A stretch of 23,512 bases of DNA from a virus (Duplodnaviria; Heunggongvirae; Uroviricota; Caudoviricetes): IMG/VR virus record IMGVR_UViG_2531839455_000001. One strand, 5' to 3'. Positions 1-8,533 of the stretch are shown in pieces (positions within the stretch are counted from its first letter, which is position 1; the number at the start of each line of letters is the position of its first letter). The notes below the pieces were generated by a model. The model saw nothing but the letters and a program-made list of their open reading frames with translations. It did not search any database and was not told the DNA's origin. The translations under genes were made by a program, and so were the position numbers.

Positions 1-1254
1 ATGCTGGAACAAATGGGCATTGCCGCGAAGCAAGCCTCGTATAAATTAGCGCAACTCTCCAGCCGCGAAAAAAATCGCGTGCTGGAAAAAATCGCCGATG
101 AACTGGAAGCACAAAGCGAAATCATCCTCAACGCTAACGCCCAGGATGTTGCTGACGCGCGTGCCAATGGCCTTGGCGAAGCGATGCTTGACCGTCTGGC
201 ACTGACGCCCGCACGGCTGAAAGGCATTGCCGATGATGTGCGCCAGGTGTGTAACCTCGCCGATCCGGTGGGGCAGGTAATCGATGGCAGCGTACTGGAC
301 AGCGGCCTGCGTCTTGAGCGTCGTCGCGTACCGCTGGGGGTTATTGGCGTGATTTATGAAGCGCGCCCGAACGTGACGGTTGATGTCGCTTCGCTGTGCC
401 TGAAAACCGGTAACGCAGTGATTCTGCGTGGCGGTAAAGAAACCTGTCGCACTAACGCGGCAACGGTGGCGGTGATTCAGGACGCCCTGAAATCCTGTGG
501 CTTACCGGTGGGTGCCGTGCAGGCGATTGATAATCCTGACCGTGCGCTGGTCAGTGAAATGCTGCGTATGGATAAATACATCGACATGCTGATCCCGCGT
601 GGTGGCGCTGGTTTGCATAAACTGTGCCGCGAACAGTCGACGATCCCGGTGATCACAGGTGGTATAGGCGTATGCCATATTTATGTTGATGAAAGTGTAG
701 AGATTGCTGAAGCATTAAAAGTGATCGTCAACGCGAAAACTCAGCGTCCGAGCACATGTAATACGGTAGAAACGTTGCTGGTGAATAAAAACATCGCCGA
801 TAGCTTCCTGCCCGCATTAAGCAAACAAATGGAGGAAAGCGGCGTGGCATTACACGCAGATGCAGCTGCGCTGGCGCAGTTGCAGACAGGCCCCGCGAAG
901 GTGGTGGCTGTTAAAGCGGAAGAGTATGACGATGAGTTTCTGTCATTAGATTTGAACGTCAAAATCGTCAGTGATCTTGACGATGCCATCGCCCATATTC
1001 GTGAACACGGCACACAACACTCCGATGCGATCCTGACCCGCGATATGCGCAACGCCCAGCGTTTTGTTAACGAAGTGGATTCGTCCGCTGTTTACGTTAA
1101 CGCCTCTACGCGTTTTACCGACGGCGGCCAGTTTGGACTGGGTGCGGAAGTGGCGGTAAGCACACAAAAACTCCACGCGCGTGGCCCAATGGGGCTGGAA
1201 GCACTGACCACTTACAAGTGGATCGGTATTGGTGATTACACCATTCGTGCGTAA
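1..1254 (+). CDS. proA: Gamma-glutamyl phosphate reductase (glutamate-5-semialdehyde dehydrogenase), complete 417 aa
   Basis: Full ORF from ATG to TAA; translation ([20 protein letters not shown]...[13 protein letters not shown]) matches enterobacterial ProA from recall; located immediately upstream of thrW as in E. coli. Confidence 0.95.
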   Translation: MLEQMGIAAKQASYKLAQLSSREKNRVLEKIADELEAQSEIILNANAQDVADARANGLGEAMLDRLALTPARLKGIADDVRQVCNLADPVGQVIDGSVLDSGLRLERRRVPLGVIGVIYEARPNVTVDVASLCLKTGNAVILRGGKETCRTNAATVAVIQDALKSCGLPVGAVQAIDNPDRALVSEMLRMDKYIDMLIPRGGAGLHKLCREQSTIPVITGGIGVCHIYVDESVEIAEALKVIVNAKTQRPSTCNTVETLLVNKNIADSFLPALSKQMEESGVALHADAAALAQLQTGPAKVVAVKAEEYDDEFLSLDLNVKIVSDLDDAIAHIREHGTQHSDAILTRDMRNAQRFVNEVDSSAVYVNASTRFTDGGQFGLGAEVAVSTQKLHARGPMGLEALTTYKWIGIGDYTIRA

Positions 1255-1368
1255 ATAAAACCGGGTGATGCAAAAGTAGCCATTTGATTCACAAGGCCAT
1301 TGACGCATCGCCCGGTTAGTTTTAACCTTGTCCACCGTGATTCACGTTCGTGAACATGTCCTTTCAGG

Positions 1369-1444
1369 GCCGATATAGCTCAGTTGGTAGAGCAGCGCAT
1401 TCGTAATGCGAAGGTCGTAGGTTCGACTCCTATTATCGGCACCA
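1369..1444 (+). tRNA. thrW: tRNA-Thr (anticodon CGU), 76 nt with encoded CCA
   Basis: GCCGATATAGCTCAGTTGGTAGAGCAGCGCATTCGTAATGCGAAGGTCGTAGGTTCGACTCCTATTATCGGCACCA: 7-bp acceptor stem, D loop AGTTGGTA, anticodon loop TTCGTAA (CGT), T loop TTCGACT. Confidence 0.9.
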
Positions 1445-1454
1445 TTAAAATCAA
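1399..1454. repeat. attL: 56-bp core shared with attR (thrW 3' 46 nt plus 10 nt downstream)
   Basis: ATTCGTAATGCGAAGGTCGTAGGTTCGACTCCTATTATCGGCACCATTAAAATCAA is repeated exactly at 19624-19679; integrase gene ends 5 bp away. Confidence 0.85.
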
Positions 1455-1458
1455 TAAG

Positions 1459-2622
1459 TTACACATCATTAGTACCTTCCTTATTTTTTGACTGGGACAA
1501 ATTTGGGACCGGTGGGTTCAGGATCGAGTCTATTTGCCGTGCGTGTTCGGTAAGGTGATTAGGTGCAAGGTGAGCATATCGACGAACCATTTCGATAGAC
1601 TCCCAGCCTCCCATTTCCTGTAACACTGACAACGGGACTCCGGCTTGAACCAGCCAACTTGCCCAGGTGTGTCTCAAGTCGTGAAATCTGAAATCATCAA
1701 TACCAGCCCGTCTCAGCGCCGCTTTCCAGGCTGTGTTTGCGTCATACCGCATCTTCCTTACTGTTGGCGCTTTCGTTCCGTCTGGTTTGGTACAGCTTTC
1801 CTTGTACACAAATACCCAACGGTGATGATTCCCGATTTGTTTTTTCAATACGCGACATGCAGTATCATTCAGCGCAACGCCAATTGCGCGGTTTGATTTA
1901 CTCTCTTCCGGGTTTATCCATGCCACCCGGCGCTGCATATCTATTTGTTGCCATTCAAGGTTGATGATGTTCGAGCGTCTTAAGCCTGTTGCCAGTGCAA
2001 ATTCAACAACAGACTTTAATGGCTCCGGACATTCATCAATCAGCCTTTGTGCTTCATGGGGCTCCAGCCAGCGGATCCGTTTATTCTTTGGTTGAGGCAC
2101 TTTAATAATTGGTGCCTTATCCAGCATTTTCCATTCACGCTCTGCGGCTCTTAGTAGGGCCTTTATAAATGAAAGATGCGTAGCCTTCGTTGCAACGGAC
2201 GCTGGTTTTGGCGTGTATTCTGGAACAGGTTTCCCTTTTTTTCTGCATGCTTCTGCCCTGAGTTTCCAGTTTTCCTCATGACGCCGGTTCGTCATTTTCT
2301 GCATTGCTGAATAAATTTTTGATTCAGTAATGTCTCTTAGTTGCATTCCTGCGAAATGTTGAAGCCAGAATCCGATCCGGCTTTTGTCATCGTCCAGTGA
2401 TTTTTTATGTGCTTTCTCTTCAAGCCACCTGACACACGCTTCCTCGAACGTTATATCAGGTATTTCACCAAGTTTGCTGACCCGCCATGCTTCAGCCTTT
2501 AGCTTGTCATGGAGTTCTGTCGCCTGCCTTTTGTCCTTTGTTCCAAGAGACTGTTTAAATCTTTTACCGTTCGGCAATGTGAAACTGGCGTACCATATTT
2601 CACCTCTGCGGAAGAGTGACAT
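1459..2622 (-). CDS. int: Tyrosine recombinase, P22-type phage integrase (387 aa)
   Basis: [25 protein letters not shown]...[16 protein letters not shown]...RRYAHL; C-terminal R..H..R..Y catalytic pattern; length and sequence match recalled P22 Int, whose attB is thrW. Confidence 0.9.
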   Translation of the reverse strand: MSLFRRGEIWYASFTLPNGKRFKQSLGTKDKRQATELHDKLKAEAWRVSKLGEIPDITFEEACVRWLEEKAHKKSLDDDKSRIGFWLQHFAGMQLRDITESKIYSAMQKMTNRRHEENWKLRAEACRKKGKPVPEYTPKPASVATKATHLSFIKALLRAAEREWKMLDKAPIIKVPQPKNKRIRWLEPHEAQRLIDECPEPLKSVVEFALATGLRRSNIINLEWQQIDMQRRVAWINPEESKSNRAIGVALNDTACRVLKKQIGNHHRWVFVYKESCTKPDGTKAPTVRKMRYDANTAWKAALRRAGIDDFRFHDLRHTWASWLVQAGVPLSVLQEMGGWESIEMVRRYAHLAPNHLTEHARQIDSILNPPVPNLSQSKNKEGTNDV

Positions 2623-2849
2623 TTTCTTTCCTCTGTTATGCCATCACCCGCGCTCACCTGGACAGTATGCAGCGGAGACTGAAGAGCCGCAATGCAGGCT
2701 TGTCGTGTTGTGAGGTAAGGAGATTTATTCTTAGTGGGATCTTTGCGTGTTGCCTGAAGACGCCCTGTGCGTATCCAGTTAATGGCAGTCGGTCTGGATA
2801 TCTTGAGAAAATGACAGGCCTCATCGAGTGTGAGGCTGTATGGCTCCAT
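2499..2849 (-). CDS. xis: Excisionase (116 aa); start taken at internal Met [29 protein letters not shown]
   Basis: Start ATG (2849-2847) overlaps the upstream stop as TAATG (translational coupling); winged-helix-like N-terminus; 3' end overlaps the int start by ~124 nt. The six-frame ORF extends to 2933 but upstream residues look non-native. Confidence 0.7.
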   Translation of the reverse strand: MEPYSLTLDEACHFLKISRPTAINWIRTGRLQATRKDPTKNKSPYLTTRQACIAALQSPLHTVQVSAGDGITEERKCHSSAEVKYGTPVSHCRTVKDLNSLLEQRTKGRRQNSMTS

Positions 2850-3154
2850 TATTTCACCTCTTGCTGTGACATTGTTGAAAAATGGATACCAGCTCGTTGC
2901 TGCCAGACGATCCAACCGAGAGTCATATCCCATGCCATGTATTCGTTATTGCCGTTTTTTGCTCTCCGACGATCTACTAAGTCACCGAAACGCTTTTCCA
3001 TGAATAATTCATAAGCTTCGCGTTCATCTGGTTCTACTTCCAGAGATAGGAGTGCGATTTCATAAGCACGGCGCTCAATATCGTCTCGCACGTCAAGGCT
3101 GCTGATACGCTCTTTAATTTCTTTAATCAGTTCTTTGTCGGTAAAAGTGGTCAT
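2849..3154 (-). CDS. yfdT: Small early prophage protein, YfdT-like (101 aa)
   Basis: ORF MTTFTDKELIKEIKERISSLDV...; coupled to neighbours by overlapping stop/start; size and position match recalled CPS-53 yfdT. Confidence 0.7.
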   Translation of the reverse strand: MTTFTDKELIKEIKERISSLDVRDDIERRAYEIALLSLEVEPDEREAYELFMEKRFGDLVDRRRAKNGNNEYMAWDMTLGWIVWQQRAGIHFSTMSQQEVK

Positions 3155-3516
3155 TATGCTCCAGCCTCCGGTGCTTTTGGCATTACTGCCCAGTGAGTGA
3201 TATTGACGTTTTCAAGGTCCCCGACCTGAAATGTCCACTGCCATTCTCCGGTTTCTTTTTGTCCCCAGGTGTACCAGAGAGAACGCCAGCCAATTAGCCA
3301 GCCTTCTCCGTTAGCATCGAATAACAAAACACTTTCATTTGCTGGTGGCAGTTCAGTTGACACTGGTATTACTTTGTTTTCCTGTGCTGCACATTTAGCT
3401 TCAAGCGCATCGAATTTACGCACCAGGTATTCAGCATCTGTTTCATTTACTTTCAGATCTCGCGGTACACATCTCCCACGAAGAAACCCTTCCATTTCGA
3501 AAACATTCATGCGCAT
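3154..3516 (-). CDS. yfdS: Early prophage protein, YfdS-like (120 aa)
   Basis: ORF MRMNVFEMEGFLRGRCVPRDLKVNE...; overlaps upstream and downstream genes (operon packing). Confidence 0.7.
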   Translation of the reverse strand: MRMNVFEMEGFLRGRCVPRDLKVNETDAEYLVRKFDALEAKCAAQENKVIPVSTELPPANESVLLFDANGEGWLIGWRSLWYTWGQKETGEWQWTFQVGDLENVNITHWAVMPKAPEAGA

Positions 3517-4043
3517 TTGCGTAACTCCGATAACTCGTTAAAGCGTTCCATAAACATCCCGTAGGCATGGCCCGGTGCCAGTGGAATCACGTTGAACATC
3601 TCTGTTGCCGGGATACCTTCCAGTACAGGCCAGAAAGAGCCATCATCAAGCCCGAGATCGCGGCGTTCGGTTGCCAGCATGATGAGATCGGCATATTTCA
3701 CGGGCGTACTCATAACTGGGGGTAACCCGTATTTCTCACGGATTACGGCGTCTATTTTTTCTTCCATTTGTTTATAGTCAGGAAGAAGGCGTTTCAGTGG
3801 TGCGGGAATGTCCTGGCAATACGCTTCTGTTGCATCATGCATTAACGCTTCAAAAGCAAATTCCTGCGGCACCAGCTGGCTGCAAAGAACCGCATGTTGG
3901 GCGACGCTGTAGAAGTGCGAAAGATGACCGGCAAAGCGACAGATATTTGAAAGGGAAACCGCGATATCGTTAATATCGATGTCGTCTTTATTTATCCTGT
4001 CATAATAAAAATGCTTCCCGGAAAAAGTTTTAATAAATGACAT
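3507..4043 (-). CDS. yfdR: HD-domain phosphohydrolase (5'-deoxynucleotidase YfdR-like), 178 aa
   Basis: HD motif in ...FEALMHDATEAYCQD...; start chosen at MSFIKTFSGKHFYY (ATG 4043) with GGAG 7 nt upstream; ORF track start at 4070 is probably 9 codons too long. Confidence 0.8.
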   Translation of the reverse strand: MSFIKTFSGKHFYYDRINKDDIDINDIAVSLSNICRFAGHLSHFYSVAQHAVLCSQLVPQEFAFEALMHDATEAYCQDIPAPLKRLLPDYKQMEEKIDAVIREKYGLPPVMSTPVKYADLIMLATERRDLGLDDGSFWPVLEGIPATEMFNVIPLAPGHAYGMFMERFNELSELRKCA

Positions 4044-4170
4044 TTTGTTCTCCACGTATATGCGCTGCACCGCGCTGAATTCTGGTAAAAAGAATCCCTC
4101 ACCATCCGGCGATTATTGAGTAAATTACGTTTCCATAAATGCCCCCGCAGGGGCATTTGCAGTAATGAAA

Positions 4171-4995
4171 TCAGGCGGTGAAAGTACCAATAAAGGTTTC
4201 TACTTTGCTGTCCTTGAATTTCTCAACAAGCAGCTCACGAAATTCGTTAGCCATTTCTTCCTGCACCGCCTCCAGCTGAATAATGCGCAGAACCAGTACA
4301 GGACGATCGCCAGTGATAATACTGAGGCGTAATTTAAACGGACGTTCTTTCAGACCTTCAAACGGAACGCATTTAAATTCAAATGCCACTGGCATAATGT
4401 CTTTGGTCTTCGCTTCGACAGACTCCATCAGGGAGCGTTTGCCGCTGAAGTCATTATCTTCAAAATCAGCGGTCTGGTTTGCTTCAATCGTGATTTTACG
4501 GACAGCCGCAGCCGCTTTTGTTGCCTGAATAGCGTCACCATTAGCATCAAAGCCCACAAGATAGTCGGCCCAGTCTTCAATCCATTCTGCTAGTGACTTC
4601 TGGGAGTTACGCTCGCCGTTAACAGACAACAGAGCAGAGAACGGTGCTGTCTTTTTCAGTTTGAGTGTGGCGGTGTTATCTGCGTGACCTGGTTCATCAA
4701 TAGTACCTAGGTTAAGCACACTGACGGCACGCATATTATCAGCATCGATAAAGCAGCGGGTGCCTTCATCTGCAAGATCTTTAGAATAACGGGTAAAATC
4801 ATCGATGCTGGCAGTGGAAAGCGCACCACGGAAACGGAAGCGATTTAAATTAAATTTTTCCAGATCATGAATGCGGAAATTCTCAGGCAATGCCACAGCA
4901 TCGGCACCAATCTTACTGATAATTTCATTAACACCCTGAGCAGAAATAAGGGCATGGATTTGATTAATTGCGGTTGCGTCTAAGTTCTGAGACAT
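4171..4995 (-). CDS. yfdQ: DUF2303-type prophage protein, YfdQ-like (274 aa)
   Basis: [29 protein letters not shown]...; length and order match recalled CPS-53 yfdQ. Confidence 0.75.
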   Translation of the reverse strand: MSQNLDATAINQIHALISAQGVNEIISKIGADAVALPENFRIHDLEKFNLNRFRFRGALSTASIDDFTRYSKDLADEGTRCFIDADNMRAVSVLNLGTIDEPGHADNTATLKLKKTAPFSALLSVNGERNSQKSLAEWIEDWADYLVGFDANGDAIQATKAAAAVRKITIEANQTADFEDNDFSGKRSLMESVEAKTKDIMPVAFEFKCVPFEGLKERPFKLRLSIITGDRPVLVLRIIQLEAVQEEMANEFRELLVEKFKDSKVETFIGTFTA

Positions 4996-5060
4996 AATAA
5001 GTCCTCACTATATAAAGATATTCAGTGATGAGATAAATAATCAGTTAATTAAAAACGATA

Positions 5061-5423
5061 TTAACGACCTGCTGCGCGGAGTTTTCCGTCAGGTTCACCG
5101 GCAAGAGTCAGCAACTGTCCCTGGTCTTCCTGCAGAATAGTCAGGCGACCACCGCGATTGACATACATCGGCGTTTCGGTGGTGTCTTCTTCGGAAATTT
5201 TCCCGCGGTTAGTCGGGCGAACATATGAGAGTTTGTGTTTGATTTTCACTCGGTTCTCATCAAACGGTTCGATTTCTAGGTTGAGCGAGACCTTACCTTT
5301 GGTTTTCGTGTTCATCACACCGGAAGCGACTTCACTGAGAACTGCGCCGATTTTGGTTTCAAATACGCCGCCGTCCAGCTCCCCGATAAATGCCTGCACA
5401 TCAGTACTGCGTTCGCTAGCCAT
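5061..5423 (-). CDS. yfdP: Early prophage protein, YfdP-like (120 aa)
   Basis: Start at MASERSTDVQAFIGELDGG (ATG 5423) preceded by GAGGAG with 7-nt spacer; the upstream part of the 226-aa ORF is Arg/Pro-rich GC-rich read-through, judged non-coding. Confidence 0.7.
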   Translation of the reverse strand: MASERSTDVQAFIGELDGGVFETKIGAVLSEVASGVMNTKTKGKVSLNLEIEPFDENRVKIKHKLSYVRPTNRGKISEEDTTETPMYVNRGGRLTILQEDQGQLLTLAGEPDGKLRAAGR

Positions 5424-5892
5424 TTTGCTGCTCCTCATCATATCGACCCTGCAAGGTCGGTTAGTTTCTCCACAAAACAGAGAAGAACACCTGCGGTGAC
5501 TGCCGCCCGGATGGATTGGGTTATGAGCCCGTCGTCCGGTGATGCTCTTCTCTGTTTTGTAAAAAGGACGGTACCAGCCGGAAGCAAGGGTACAAGCTGG
5601 TACCGCCAAGACTACACACAGCATAAAGTTGTGGTGCCGGGTGCCTCCCGGTGCCTGGCGAAGGTTGCACACCAGGCGGGTGGGTATCCACAGAAGGTCG
5701 ACTGTCAGCCTCAACCTTAACCCGCGTGCGCTGAGCCGCATTCACCACAACGCTAAGGATTCTCTCTGGTTGAAAATACTTAGCTGTTATGTGCCTGCTT
5801 TTAGCCACATCAGGCGAGGTGGACCTAGTTATTCCCCAACAACAAGGATTCGGTTAATCTGGATATCCCCAACAACAATAAGAGTATTCAAT

Positions 5893-6408
5893 GTGATCGC
5901 TGAATTAACGGCAGCAATGACGGCTATTCGTGAAATCGCCCAGATTGCAAAACTAATGAACGAGGCAAAAACTCAAGCTGAAGTAAATGCGGCTATTGGT
6001 GAGCTGAACTCAAAGCTTGCGTCTATTCAGCGCGAATGCGTGTCTCTCGTTGAACTGCTGGGCTCTTATCAAGAAATAAATGCTTCTCTCAAAGCTAAAA
6101 TTGCAGAATTCGAAAACTTTGAGGCTCAGACGGAAGGCTATATCCTTAACCAACTTGAGTCGGGTACTTTTGTATACTCGAAGGAGGTAATCGTGAACGG
6201 TGACAGCATAACCATGCATCTTTGCCCAAAATGTTTTGGACAAAAGATAGTATCGATACTTCAACCATTCCCGGTTAGCGAAGATGAGCTTTTTCATAAA
6301 AGCAGGTGCCTCCACTGTGAAAATAAGTTTCTGATGAATAAAAATCCGGATTACGTATCGCCTCCATCCATTGAGGAGTTGGCCAGAAAACTTAACGGCA
6401 ATCTGTAG
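5893..6408 (+). CDS. Hypothetical protein: N-terminal coiled-coil-like, C-terminal Cys-rich (CPKC...CLHC) zinc-ribbon-like; moron opposing the leftward early operon
   Basis: Protein-like ORF; candidate starts GTG 5893 (AAGAG 8 nt upstream) or ATG 5917; rho-independent terminator follows at 6448-6470. Confidence 0.5.
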   Translation: MIAELTAAMTAIREIAQIAKLMNEAKTQAEVNAAIGELNSKLASIQRECVSLVELLGSYQEINASLKAKIAEFENFEAQTEGYILNQLESGTFVYSKEVIVNGDSITMHLCPKCFGQKIVSILQPFPVSEDELFHKSRCLHCENKFLMNKNPDYVSPPSIEELARKLNGNL

Positions 6409-6447
6409 ATTGCTACTGTTGTGGATATCCAGATTGTTAAAGAGCGA

Positions 6448-6470
6448 AGCGTCCTATAGGGCGCTTTTTT
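6448..6470 (+). terminator. Rho-independent terminator after moron gene
   Basis: AGCGTCC-TATA-GGGCGCT stem-loop (one G-U pair) followed by TTTTT. Confidence 0.5.
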
Positions 6471-6550
6471 GTTGCTAACGAATCATCCTGGACTTCATAT
6501 GCTCCAGGGGGCTACTTCGTGGGCGTCCTGCCTGTTTGTTGTTTCTCTTG

Positions 6551-6585
6551 GGTACATTATGTATCTCAAAGGTACATTGTCAAGT
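6551..6585 (-). promoter_or_regulatory. Putative leftward early promoter (PL-like) with operator half-sites (OL)
   Basis: On minus strand: -35 TTGACA, 17-bp spacer, -10 CATAAT; two TGTACC half-sites overlap the promoter, same core as the OR palindromes. Confidence 0.45.
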
Positions 6586-6610
6586 ATAAAAAAACCTGCC
6601 GAAGCAGGTT
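6586..6610 (-). terminator. Rho-independent terminator downstream of repressor gene
   Basis: Minus strand AACCTGC-TTCG-GCAGGTT followed by T7. Confidence 0.6.
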
Positions 6611-6622
6611 CATAAACATTGA

Positions 6623-7297
6623 TTAGGCTTTGATTTTGTATCTTCTTGGTTTTCCTGAGAAAATCACAGTTCCAATTATAGAGCAATTACCGTTGATCTT
6701 AATGTAAGGCTCAGGCCAGTTTGGGTTTAACGCTTTGAGATAACGCTGTGTCCCATCTTCTATCAACCTTTTGAAGGTGGTTTCACCTGTATCGTGCATC
6801 AATGCAATAACGTCGTCACCGTGGCAGGCAGGTACTTCAGGATCGACAAAAATCATGTCTCCCGGGCGGTACTCATCAATCATTGAATCACCTATCACCC
6901 GCAAGATATAAGTCATTTCCCCACAGGGTACAGGGCAGGGATACGTTTCTGCTGTGCTCAAATCAACCTCAGAATATCCAACTTCTTTCCATGCTCCGGC
7001 CTGTACCCATGATATGACAGGGACTAATGTGATTTGTTTATTAGTGATTGAAACATCAGGTTTTTTTGTGATGTTCGTTGTCTGGTGTTCTTGATCGAGC
7101 CATCCGACAGGCAGGTCGAAACATTTTTCGATGTGTCGTGCCATGCTGTCACCGATATTTTTAGTAGCACCATCTCCCATAAACCTGCTGGTCTGGGTTG
7201 GCTCGCGATCAATCATAGTGGCAAAGGAAGAATTCCCGCCAACACCATCTCTCAGTTTTCTGGCGTTAGACCGCCGGATGTCATGGATTGTTTTCAT
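6623..7297 (-). CDS. cI: Phage CI/C2-type repressor (N-terminal HTH, C-terminal S24 LexA-like peptidase), 224 aa
   Basis: ORF MKTIHDIRRSNARKLRDG...; C-terminal region ...LRVIGDSMIDEYRPGDMIFVDP... typical of S24 autocleaving repressors; divergent from a cro-like gene with palindromic operators between. Confidence 0.85.
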   Translation of the reverse strand: MKTIHDIRRSNARKLRDGVGGNSSFATMIDREPTQTSRFMGDGATKNIGDSMARHIEKCFDLPVGWLDQEHQTTNITKKPDVSITNKQITLVPVISWVQAGAWKEVGYSEVDLSTAETYPCPVPCGEMTYILRVIGDSMIDEYRPGDMIFVDPEVPACHGDDVIALMHDTGETTFKRLIEDGTQRYLKALNPNWPEPYIKINGNCSIIGTVIFSGKPRRYKIKA

Positions 7298-7312
7298 AAC
7301 GAAATTAAAACC

Positions 7313-7382
7313 CTTGTACCGTTAAGGTACAAGTATCTTGAAGGTTCATTTCAATCATGTAATATGTACGCCGGAGGTACAT
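7313..7382. promoter_or_regulatory. OR-like operator/promoter region between cI and cro
   Basis: Perfect palindromes CTTGTACC-GTTAA-GGTACAAG (7313-7333) and ATGTAC-GCCGGAG-GTACAT (7364-7382); candidate PR -35 TTGAAG / -10 TAATAT between them. Confidence 0.6.
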
Positions 7383-7387
7383 ATTGT

Positions 7388-7588
7388 ATGAAAGCGTATT
7401 GGGACTCTTTAACCAAAGAACAGCAGGGCGAGTTGGCCGGAAAAGTTGGCTCAACACCTGGCTACTTACGGCTGGTTTTCAATGGCTATAAAAAAGCCAG
7501 TTTTGTGCTGGCTAAAAAACTTGAGCAATGCACGTCAGGTGCAATTACGAAATCTGACTTAAGACCGGATATCTATCCGAAAGATTAG
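7388..7588 (+). CDS. cro: Cro-like HTH regulator (66 aa)
   Basis: MKAYWDSLTKEQQGELAGKVGSTPGYLRLVFNGYKK...; GGAGG upstream (spacer ~10 nt); divergent from cI. ORF track start at 7085 lies antisense inside cI, so rejected. Confidence 0.7.
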   Translation: MKAYWDSLTKEQQGELAGKVGSTPGYLRLVFNGYKKASFVLAKKLEQCTSGAITKSDLRPDIYPKD

Positions 7589-7619
7589 CAGAACACTTTC
7601 AATTTTTAACCACAGAACG

Positions 7620-8189
7620 ATGAGGCTAATCGTGGGTAAGCATCACTGGAAAGTAGAAAAACAGCCTGAGTGGTACGTGAAAGCTGTCAGAAAAACTATC
7701 GCGGCGTTGCCGGGTGGTTACGCTGAAGCGGCTGACTGGCTCGATGTAACAGAAAACGCTTTATTCAACCGCCTTCGTGCAGATGGCGATCAGATTTTCC
7801 CGCTGGGATGGGCAATGGTTTTACAGCGTGCTGGTGGCACTCACTTCATTGCTGATGCTGTGGCGCAGTCTGCAAATGGCGTCTTTGTGTCTCTTCCTGA
7901 CGTCGAAGATGTGGACAACGCCGATATTAACCAGCGTCTGCTGGAAGTCATTGAACAGATCGGCAGTTATTCAAAACAGATTCGTTCAGCAATCGAAGAC
8001 GGTGTAGTGGAACCGCATGAGAAGACAGCAATTAACGACGAGCTGTATCTCTCAATTTCGAAGCTGCAGGAGCATGCAGCACTTGTCTACAAAATTTTTT
8101 GCATTTCAGAAAGTAATGACGCCCGCGAGTGTGCAGCTCCGGGCGTCGTGGCGTCGATTGCTTCTGGTTGTGGAGAAACTAACGCATGA
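7620..8189 (+). CDS. CII-position regulatory protein (YdaT-like?), 189 aa; start may be GTG 7632
   Basis: Protein-like ORF directly downstream of cro in the rightward early operon; family assignment from position and weak recall only. Confidence 0.45.
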   Translation: MRLIVGKHHWKVEKQPEWYVKAVRKTIAALPGGYAEAADWLDVTENALFNRLRADGDQIFPLGWAMVLQRAGGTHFIADAVAQSANGVFVSLPDVEDVDNADINQRLLEVIEQIGSYSKQIRSAIEDGVVEPHEKTAINDELYLSISKLQEHAALVYKIFCISESNDARECAAPGVVASIASGCGETNA

Positions 8190-8524
8190 ACAGTTTAACA
8201 ACACACTACCGTCGCTCGCAACTGATTGCGCTTCCTGTACCGGGTGGAAAAGCGAAGGTGGAATATTGCTATGCAGTGAATGTACCAGGTGACAGGGAAA
8301 TTGTAACCCACAGCTTTGCAGAGTGGGCTGTGGGTGATTTCAACCGGCAGAAGGAGACAGTCCTTTGCGACAAGTTAACCGCTGGTTCAAAGATCACTAC
8401 GGAGTGCCCGTCAGAGTCATTCGTTGGGAGCCGGAAACACAACGGGTTATCTACCTCCGCGAAGGTTATGAGCATGAATGCTTCAGTCCGCTCGAACAGT
8501 TTCGTCGTAAATTCAGGGAAATAG
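8186..8524 (+). CDS. Hypothetical early protein; possibly frameshifted (see findings)
   Basis: ATG overlaps upstream stop (ATGA); N-terminal ~50 residues protein-like, C-terminal part low-complexity, while the alternative frame 8338-8544 looks more protein-like. Confidence 0.3.
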   Translation: MNSLTTHYRRSQLIALPVPGGKAKVEYCYAVNVPGDREIVTHSFAEWAVGDFNRQKETVLCDKLTAGSKITTECPSESFVGSRKHNGLSTSAKVMSMNASVRSNSFVVNSGK

Positions 8525-8533
8525 AGGTCGGTC

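Noticed and set aside
741-1335. Minus-strand ORFs (103 and 129 aa) overlapping proA
   Set aside because: Antisense to a conserved housekeeping gene; no independent support.
5496-5808. ORFs of 74 and 95 aa in the GC-rich spacer
   Set aside because: No RBS, Arg/Pro/Gly-rich, overlap each other on opposite strands; region treated as non-coding.
5424-5892. Retron (msr/msd) hypothesis for the GC-rich inverted-repeat region
   Set aside because: No reverse-transcriptase ORF (no YxDD-containing protein) anywhere nearby; the adjacent gene is a small coiled-coil/zinc-ribbon protein.
7085-7387. Long 167-aa version of the cro ORF starting at 7085
   Set aside because: The upstream portion runs antisense through the cI coding region and operators; the short Cro-like start at 7388 with GGAGG RBS is the credible one.
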